30,733 nt of DNA from a virus (Duplodnaviria; Caudoviricetes): positions 1 to 30,733 of IMG/VR virus record IMGVR_UViG_3300032076_000035; one strand, 5' to 3'. Shown here in pieces: positions 1 to 7,300 of this stretch (position 1 is its first letter; each line of letters begins with the position of its first letter). A program made the position numbers and the translations under genes. A model generated the notes under the pieces. It was not told the origin of the DNA. It did no database searches and worked only from the letters and a program-made list of their open reading frames with translations.

Positions 1-1
1 T

Positions 2-337
2 CCTACGTGGACGGCTGAGCTTACTGATTGGAATGATACTAAGATCGGTACTGTTCTAGATGGTAATCAGAATGGTGTATTCGCCACTGTTTGGCAATTC
101 TGGTTACAGAGGGTGGGCGATCTATCTGCATTGACTGATGTTTCTGATGCCGGTGCTGCTAGACCGCTTAGTCAGACATACCAACATGCTACTGAGATGC
201 TCAAATATTGGGATGCTGTAGCCGGCTTTAATGCTACTAGTGTTGGGAAGATCAAACGGCGTTACCCCAAGCGGCATGGAGTGTTCCCGCCGTATGGATT
301 ACAGCCTTATGGTGGTGTATATGTCCGCACCGACTAA
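2..337 (+). CDS. Head-to-tail adaptor (5'-truncated by window edge)
   Basis: Frame is open from base 2 (PTWTAELTDWNDTKIGTVLDG...FWLQRVGDLSALTDVSDAGAARPLSQTYQHA). The 'DVS-x-G-xx-R-x-LSQ' pattern and position before the stopper/neck/terminator genes resemble actinophage head-to-tail adaptors. Confidence 0.6.
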   Translation, partial: PTWTAELTDWNDTKIGTVLDGNQNGVFATVWQFWLQRVGDLSALTDVSDAGAARPLSQTYQHATEMLKYWDAVAGFNATSVGKIKRRYPKRHGVFPPYGLQPYGGVYVRTD

Positions 338-749
338 GAATCCAATTTTCACTGATATAGTTACTGGTTTGTTGCGATATACTACTGATTGGTTTATCAA
401 TCAAACGGCTACAATCGCTGGTCCGATTGAAATTGCTCTTCATCGCAGGCAGCCAGTTGACAAACCCGGTGGGGGACGTGATTTTCAGGATGTCGTAATT
501 CCGCTTCAGACATTCCGTTTCATAAATCAAACTGTGTCTAATGGTATTAATTACAGTAGCAATGATGATGGTATGGTTCGGCGGGACGACTATATCTTGA
601 TTGGTAGTTACGACGCTGATATTCAACCTAATGATTGGTGGAAAGATCCTTATAGGCAGTACAAAGTTGATGGATTGTTGCCAGCTAATGGTTATGAAAC
701 TCGTGCTGCTGTTGTTGTATTTACCGGCAATCCTGATTATGGGAGTTAA
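321..749 (+). CDS. Head-to-tail stopper / head-closure protein
   Basis: ATG at 321 (MSAPTKNP) preceded by GGTGGTG is preferred over the ORF-track start at 231. Beta-rich 142-aa protein (IALHRRQPVDKPGGGRDF...YILIGSYDADIQPNDWW..YKV) typical of siphovirus stoppers; synteny agrees. Confidence 0.6.
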   Translation: MSAPTKNPIFTDIVTGLLRYTTDWFINQTATIAGPIEIALHRRQPVDKPGGGRDFQDVVIPLQTFRFINQTVSNGINYSSNDDGMVRRDDYILIGSYDADIQPNDWWKDPYRQYKVDGLLPANGYETRAAVVVFTGNPDYGS

Positions 750-751
750 CG

Positions 752-1342
752 ATGACCGGTGAATTATTTCGTGAGCGATTTACCTTCAATGAAGGTAGCT
801 TGGGTCGTAATATTGATACGCTTGATGAAAGAATACATCGATTTATTAAAACTGATCTTGATGTAGCCGCTTCTCGTGGCGAAGCAGAAATGAAAACCAA
901 AGCTCCTTGGCGTAATAGAACTTGGAATGCTCGAAATACACTCTGGGCCGAAGCTGATAGTCGTCCTGGCTTCTATCAACTGTATATGGGTCATGGTATG
1001 GAGTATGGCATCTATTTGGAAAAGTCGAATGGTGGTAAGTTTCAAATTGTTATGCCAACTTTGATAGCTACGGCTCGTGCTTTTATGGAATCTCTTGAAG
1101 AGATGCTACATGATCTTGATAATCCAACTCCTGTGTTGCCTGTAGTTGCTCCTGGAATTGGAATTGAAAGAGGAACATCTCAGGGGGCTATTGAACATGG
1201 TCAACATGTTCGTGGAGCAGCTGAAAAGGTATTCAAGAAATCTAATAAGGTCAGAATTTACTTCAGGGATGTCAGAGGTCGTTTTGTTAGCACTAAAACA
1301 ACGGCGAAAACGGCTACTACGCGCAAAACTAGGCGGCACTGA
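752..1342 (+). CDS. Neck / tail-completion protein (HK97 gp10-like) with basic C-terminal extension
   Basis: KAPWRNRTWNARNTL...HGMEYGIYLE...GGKFQIVMPTL resembles the HK97 gp10/Ne1-like pattern. GGGAG SD; overlaps the next gene by TGATG. Confidence 0.6.
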   Translation: MTGELFRERFTFNEGSLGRNIDTLDERIHRFIKTDLDVAASRGEAEMKTKAPWRNRTWNARNTLWAEADSRPGFYQLYMGHGMEYGIYLEKSNGGKFQIVMPTLIATARAFMESLEEMLHDLDNPTPVLPVVAPGIGIERGTSQGAIEHGQHVRGAAEKVFKKSNKVRIYFRDVRGRFVSTKTTAKTATTRKTRRH

Positions 1343-1776
1343 TGTCTAGAGCAGCCATTTATGATGCAATTTTAGCTGAATCGTTGTTGACTGACCTCGG
1401 CTTTAGCAAAGACACTGTTTTAGTTAATTATGATGGTGATCAACGGCCATCTGATACCATGTTTATGGTCCTTAGTTGGGGTAATGAAGGTGAAGGACTG
1501 CGTGGTGATGACATTTGTTTTATTCCAGTTAAAACTTTGACAATTTGGGTCCACGTTTATAAGCAGTTTTCAACTGATTTTGTCAGAATAGACAATGTTT
1601 TCAATATCTTAGACGCTGTTTTAGGCAATATGATTGAAGTTGATGGTACCGACGGCGTTACGCTTAGTCAAGCTATTCCTGGATTACGTTCGCGTGATTT
1701 ACGTGATGACGCTTATCAGACGATATGTCGGTCGTCATCGTATAGAATACTAGACAAAGTTACAGCATCGGTTTAG
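1342..1776 (+). CDS. Tail terminator protein
   Basis: 144 aa; LTIWVH...DFVRID...SRDLRDD pattern; position between neck and major tail genes. Confidence 0.6.
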   Translation: MSRAAIYDAILAESLLTDLGFSKDTVLVNYDGDQRPSDTMFMVLSWGNEGEGLRGDDICFIPVKTLTIWVHVYKQFSTDFVRIDNVFNILDAVLGNMIEVDGTDGVTLSQAIPGLRSRDLRDDAYQTICRSSSYRILDKVTASV

Positions 1777-1788
1777 AAAGGAATCAGA

Positions 1789-2175
1789 ATGACCGAGACA
1801 CCAGCCAAGACTTCGGCAGCTGAGAAAGAGCCGAACAAGCCGTTGCCTGCTAACGCGCCAAAGCCGCCTGGCGATATTCGTCGGCGTGCTCCTAAGCCAA
1901 CGCGCAAAGGGCCATTCGTTAAGTACGTTGGTGATGCTAGCCATCGGAAGATTACACCGGCTCAGTGGAAAACTTTAGGTATTGAGTTGCATGATGATAT
2001 TGCTACTCATACATGGAGTGTAGCTAATGATAAGATGATCGAGTCATCTGAATTTTCCGATGAGCAGCTCGATTATCTGCTTATTGACGACAGGAAGGCT
2101 GGTTCAAATACACATGCTTTCTTGGAAGTTGATTACAACGAAAGCGGTCAACTTGTTCAGGTGGTGCCTGAATAA
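1789..2175 (+). CDS. Hypothetical virion-module protein
   Basis: AAGGA SD upstream. Pro/Lys-rich N-terminus followed by a globular domain (VKYVGDASHRKIT..QWKTLGI). Translationally coupled to the next ORF. Confidence 0.75.
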   Translation: MTETPAKTSAAEKEPNKPLPANAPKPPGDIRRRAPKPTRKGPFVKYVGDASHRKITPAQWKTLGIELHDDIATHTWSVANDKMIESSEFSDEQLDYLLIDDRKAGSNTHAFLEVDYNESGQLVQVVPE

Positions 2176-2393
2176 TGGTTATGCCTGACTTCGATTTTGA
2201 ACCTCTTGAGCTACGGTGTCGCGGTACTCTTCACGGCATTGTTAGGAATGGTAGTGGCGAACTTGAAGTCAAGTGTAAGCATTGGGCGTGCACGACGCCT
2301 GGTTACGTTACCTTTCACGTGTTCGATTTGGCAACAGGTCAGCCAATAGAAACGCATACGTACAAGGATCCAATTAAGAAGGAGCAAAAATGA
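2175..2393 (+). CDS. Small zinc-ribbon protein (Mu Com-like pattern)
   Basis: ELRC-x4-HG...LEVKC-x3-C. TAATG and ATGA...-type overlaps with both neighbours support a real gene. Confidence 0.55.
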   Translation: MVMPDFDFEPLELRCRGTLHGIVRNGSGELEVKCKHWACTTPGYVTFHVFDLATGQPIETHTYKDPIKKEQK

Positions 2394-3307
2394 CCGGACC
2401 TAGTCAATTGGCGGCCGCAGCACCTTGCACGTCAGGTACTTCTGATGTCTTGCCTTATGGCTTGCGTCAACTGAGTCTTACGCCGTATACGGATGCGCAA
2501 GGTACGTGTCTAGGGGCCACCAGTTATCCGCTGCCTGTCGCAATGACTCTCGGCTTCTCTGAAACAGAGCAGTATGATGAGTTGCGTGGTGACGATGTTC
2601 TAGTTGCTGTTCACGGTCGCGGTCCTCAGGTTGACTGGAGCCTCGAAGCTGGTGGTATGAATATGACATGCTGGTCGCTCCTCAGCGGTGGCTCAGTCAT
2701 TGAAGAGGGCGTAGCACCCACCCGCGTAACGCGCATGCGTAAGTCTGGTGATGACCTTCGACCTTACGTTCGCATAGACGGTCGTGCTATTTCAGACGCT
2801 GGTGGTAATCTCAAGACGCGCATCTATCGTGCTAAGGCAAATGGCCGACTTCAGGCTGATCTTCGTGGTGGAGCGTTCCAGACTAGTCGTATTGACGGCG
2901 TCGGCTTGCCGATGGTCGGAGATGGTGGCCGGTGGCTCTACGAGTTCATCCATGAAGAGCACGATTCGGCTATTCCAGGCACGCCAGAAGCCAACCCATT
3001 GCCTTCGCCTACTAATCTATACGCTGATGCTATTGGAACTACTACCGTAGATTTGGTATGGGATCAAGTTGGTATTTTCAATGCAACTAACGATAAATAC
3101 CAAGTTTACCAGAGTATTGATGCTGGTGTAACTTGGACTAAGGTTGCTTCTGCAAGTGGTGGTAATCCGAATACCAATGATACTCAGATTACCACGCTTA
3201 CTACAGCTACCCAATACTGGTTCCAAGTTACCTATGTGCAGAACGCAGTTCCTGGTCCTGGTGTCGAAGGTGACCCGAGCAAACCGGTGATTGTTACCAC
3301 AAATTAG
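2390..3307 (+). CDS. Major tail (tube) protein with C-terminal fibronectin type III-like domain
   Basis: AAGGAG SD. LPYGLRQL..TPY...FSETEQYDELRGDD...HGRGPQVDWSLEAGG is the actinophage major tail pattern. C-terminal PTNL..TTVDLVW..Y.VYQS..W..LTTATQYWFQV..EGDPS is an Fn3 signature. Confidence 0.85.
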   Translation: MTGPSQLAAAAPCTSGTSDVLPYGLRQLSLTPYTDAQGTCLGATSYPLPVAMTLGFSETEQYDELRGDDVLVAVHGRGPQVDWSLEAGGMNMTCWSLLSGGSVIEEGVAPTRVTRMRKSGDDLRPYVRIDGRAISDAGGNLKTRIYRAKANGRLQADLRGGAFQTSRIDGVGLPMVGDGGRWLYEFIHEEHDSAIPGTPEANPLPSPTNLYADAIGTTTVDLVWDQVGIFNATNDKYQVYQSIDAGVTWTKVASASGGNPNTNDTQITTLTTATQYWFQVTYVQNAVPGPGVEGDPSKPVIVTTN

Positions 3308-3308
3308 T

Positions 3309-3320
3309 TACAACTGAATA
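3309..3320 (+). promoter_or_regulatory. Possible boxA-like/antitermination element TACAACTGAATA
   Basis: Sits immediately after the major tail stop in the largest intergenic gap of the late operon. Resembles AACT(G/C)AATA motifs recalled from Gram-positive rrn leaders and actinophage intergenic regions; function is inferred. Confidence 0.3.
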
Positions 3321-3360
3321 TTAGAGCCCAAAAGAGGTCTAGGAACCCAATGGAGGTCAA

Positions 3361-4041
3361 ATGAGTAATCCAATTACTGCTGGCTTAGACGATGCAGAGC
3401 AAGCCACGATTCGTCGTGCTGCCAGACATGCAATAGGTGAAGAGCTTGAACGTAGAGATATAGGCGCAGAAACTAAAGCTGCAGCTGAACCAGAAGAACC
3501 TCCATTCAAGCCAGAAATGGCACCAGTCAATCCCTACGCACCTACTGGTTGGCGGAAAAAGCAAAGAACTGAGTTTGACGTTACGCTTCCTAGTGGACAA
3601 CTTTGTCGAGTGCTTCGTCTTGAGCGTGAGGATCTGTTTAGACTCAATCTGATGAGTTATTTGGATACATTCACGCCTATGCTGATGGAAGATTCAATCA
3701 GCACTGAAGAGCGTAATAGACGTATGCAAGAAACCATGACGAAACACCCTGATTCAATTGCGAATATGTTTATGGCAATTGATGAAGTAGTTATGGCTGC
3801 TACTATTAGACCGCGTGTAACTAATGACGAAAAGAAAGTTGATTACGGCGGTCCTCAAGACTGGGGGAATCCTCAATTTATCGCTACTGCTTATATTGAA
3901 GATATAAGCATGGAAGATCGTATGGCTATTTTTGCTTCAGCCTTCGGGCGGTCGATGGACGACTTGAAAAGTATTTGGAATGAAGCGGGAAGCGTGGCAA
4001 GCGTGGCAGATGGCCCAAGCGTACAACCAACCGCCGAGTGA
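3361..4041 (+). CDS. Tail assembly chaperone (G-like)
   Basis: GGAGG SD; lies between the major tail and tape measure genes; VTLPSGQLCRV and YIEDISMEDRMAIF motifs. Confidence 0.8.
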   Translation: MSNPITAGLDDAEQATIRRAARHAIGEELERRDIGAETKAAAEPEEPPFKPEMAPVNPYAPTGWRKKQRTEFDVTLPSGQLCRVLRLEREDLFRLNLMSYLDTFTPMLMEDSISTEERNRRMQETMTKHPDSIANMFMAIDEVVMAATIRPRVTNDEKKVDYGGPQDWGNPQFIATAYIEDISMEDRMAIFASAFGRSMDDLKSIWNEAGSVASVADGPSVQPTAE

Positions 4042-4306
4042 AATTTTTGGGGTTAAAGGTGCTGCAGGACTATTTTTCGACAAAGGGATATTCACTTTTG
4101 GTCGATATGTAGAAGGGGTTGTTGAGCATGCTGGTCAAGATGCGCTCAACGCGAGTTTTGCGAGGTCAGCACAACAACGCGCCTTTGCTCGGTGTATGGG
4201 CGATGATATGGAGAAATCTACAGCAGGCTTCGCTGATCCATTCTCTAGTGGGATGCATGCTTCCGAGACAGAAGACGGCGATGAGATTCTCAGAAGCGGC
4301 TACTAA
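3968..4306 (+). CDS. Tail assembly chaperone, second ORF (T-like; probably expressed by a +1/-2 frameshift fusion, alternatively from ATG 3980)
   Basis: The +1 frame is open from 3968 (after TGA 3965-3967). EAWQAWQMAQAYNQPPSEIFGV...FFDKGIFTFG is T-like. ATG 3980 lacks a well-spaced SD. Stop overlaps the tape measure ATG. Confidence 0.7.
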   Translation, partial: KVFGMKREAWQAWQMAQAYNQPPSEIFGVKGAAGLFFDKGIFTFGRYVEGVVEHAGQDALNASFARSAQQRAFARCMGDDMEKSTAGFADPFSSGMHASETEDGDEILRSGY

Positions 4307-7300
4307 TGCCTGATTATAATTTGGGTAGAGCGCATGGTGAGATTGAAATCACCGCCGATACTCGTGGTGCCCAAGAGGCTCAAGCTGCAATGGCTTCAAC
4401 AAAAGCTGAAGCTGCTGCCCTTGATGCTGAAATGGGCAAAGTTAATACTCAATTTGATAAAAATCGACAAAGTAGTATTCTTAGCGCTGAAGCTCTAGTT
4501 AGACAACGCGGTCAAGTTGAAGAACTTCGCAAAACATACGAACGATATAATCAAGATTACGAACGTGCATCCACACGAAAACTAGATACTGAACGTAAGT
4601 TACAAGAAGCTAGACGTAGAGAACAAACAGAAGGTGAAACGTTATTACGTTTAGGACGTGATGTCCAGCGATCTAGAGAAAATGAACAACGTTTGTTATT
4701 GCGCTCACAAGAGGCTTATGAACGTTACCAGACTAGATTATCTGCTTTACGTCTTGAAGTTGAAAGGTTTAATACTGCTCATATAGCTGCCACTACTGGT
4801 TTTTCTAATATGCGTAACGAAGCAGAAAAAGCAGGCCAAGCATTAGAAAAACTGTCAGATAAACTTACTGGTATTGCCAAAGTTATGACCAATATCGGTG
4901 TTTATGGCCTATTTGGGACAGGCGCGGCGGGGGCCTTGGGTATTATGGGTGGTGGTGGGCTACACGAGCTCACTATAGTTGCTGGTGCAGCTCTTGAAGT
5001 TATGAAAGATTTTGCTGGTGCTATGCTTTTACTTCCTGCCGGCATTAGTGCTGCAGCTGTTTCTTTGGGTACATTAGCTGCTGGATTTCATGGTGTTGCA
5101 CAAGCTATAGGTTCAATTGGTGATCCAGCTAAGTTTATTGAATCTTTGCGTGAATTATCGCCTGCAGCTAGAGAATTTGTAATTTCTATAGAGCGGTTCT
5201 CATATGCCATTCGTGGCGCTCGTGAGATGGTTCAGGAATCATTATTTCAACCACTTATTGCCGATATTCAACCGCTGGTATATACATGGTTACCACTATT
5301 AATGCAAGCAGGCCAACGACTTGCTAGTGAATTTGGACAGTCTTTCCGTCAAGTATTTCAATTCTTATTACAACCTGAGACTCAAACTGCTTTTCAAACT
5401 TTTACTAACAATCTAGTACATGGTTTCCAGGCTGTTCGTGGAGCAATACAGCCATTCATGGAAATGATGAGGACTTTAACCACTGTTGGTTCACAGATAT
5501 TTGTTAGAATTGGACAAGCTATAGCTCATATAGCGAATGAGTTCAATAACTGGGTCCAAAACGCTGCACAAAGTGGTCGCCTTCTACAAATAATGAATCA
5601 AGTACTGGATGATTTTACTAGACTTGCTCATATTATACGTGATCTTGGTATCGGATTATCTAACTTTTTTGATATAGCTGAAAGAACAGGCGGTGGATTC
5701 CTCCAACAGTTAGAACGAATAGCTGCTACATTCAGACAGTGGACTGAAAGTGCTCGTGGTCAAGCTGGTATATTGAATTTCTTTAATTTACTAAATCAAT
5801 CTGCTGAAGAAGCAAGGCCCCTTATACATCTATTGGGCCAAGGAATTTCTATTATTGCTAGTACACTTGATAGGCTTGGTTTAGCTATTCAGCCTGGGCT
5901 TGTATCATTCTTTACCTCATTTGTTGAAGCGCTGCGAGTCCTTAGCCCTGCTGTTCAAGCAATGGCTCCAGCGCTTAATGAATTTTTAGCTGATTTTGGT
6001 AAAACATTATTACAAATAGTTCAAGAACTTGGACCAAGACTACCACAATTCTTCAAAGATTTCGCAGACGCTCTATCAGAGTTAATGTATTGGTTACCAG
6101 GAGTTGCACATTTCATTGGTGTATTATTTGGTCTTTTAAGCCCGCATGAAATAGAAGTTATACTTGGTTTAGTTGCTGCAATTAAACTTCTTAATATTGC
6201 TCTTGGCGTTATGGATGTATTGATGGATGCCAATCCAATTGGTATCGTCATTGTTGCTATTGGTTTACTTATTGCTGGTATTGTTCTTTTAGTTACTCAT
6301 TGGGATACAGTCAAGCAAAAGATTGGTGAAGTCACTGAAAAGTTTGGTGGACTTCACGGTCTGATTGATGATGTAAAGCGTGCTTGGGATAGTTTAACAA
6401 ATACAGTATCCAATTGGTGGAATATACTTACAAATGCTATCAGTAGTGGCTGGGATAGCTTGGTCGGAGCTTTTGTTGACCTTAAGAACAAAATAGTTCA
6501 CTGGTTTGATGATATAGATTTGCTACAAATTGGTAAGAATCTTATAAAAAGTCTGGCCGATGGTATATTAGCTGCAATCCCCACTACGTTGAAAGATGCA
6601 TTAAAAGCAGCTGCCAACTCAATAAAGAATTTTTGGAATACAGGTTCACCTGCCCAAGAAGGGCCATTACACGATACATCACCAGATCAGATGGGTGAAA
6701 ATCTATCGACGAATTATGCGTACGGAATCTCTAGCGGTACGGGCGCGGTTAGCGACGCATCGTCTCAGGTAGCGTCAGGGGCCGCGCGAGGGCTATCGGG
6801 GAGCGCGGCGGGAGGAGCCGGTGGCGCGCCCGGTGGGACTGGAGGCGGAACTTATACATCGGCAGGGAATGTAGGCATTTCCGGTAGAGGCCAAGTTAGC
6901 GGTTTTGACCAGTATATTGCTTTTATTACTTCTGATATGCAAGCATGGCTTAAGATAGCTCAAGATGGTTGGAGTCTGTTCCAAAACATTACAAAGATTG
7001 TAACTGATACAACTAGGGTCATAGCTGATCTTTGGAATCGTGGAGATAACCCACTCACGCGACCTGGTGAGTTGTACGGACCTCCATTACCTACTGGTCA
7101 AATACAAGTTCCAGGTGTTCCTGGTGCTGCTATTCCTGGTGTACCGCCAGATGCATGGGCTAAGAACTTACCGGGAGCACTTCCTGGTGCTCAGCAAGCA
7201 CCACCTGGTGTGCCATTAGTTGGACCTAGAGGAGTTCCTCTTGGTGGTGCACTTCCAGCGGCTCCGACTCCTGGTCAACCTGGATTTATTGGGCCTGTTG

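Noticed and set aside
231-320. Longer ORF-track start for the stopper gene
   Set aside because: Overlaps the adaptor gene by over 100 nt and has no SD; ATG 321 has GGTGGTG upstream.
4040-4050. GAAATTTTTGG as a -1 slippery site for the tail chaperone
   Set aside because: It lies at or after the chaperone stop codon (TGA 4039-41), and the downstream ORF is in the +1 frame.
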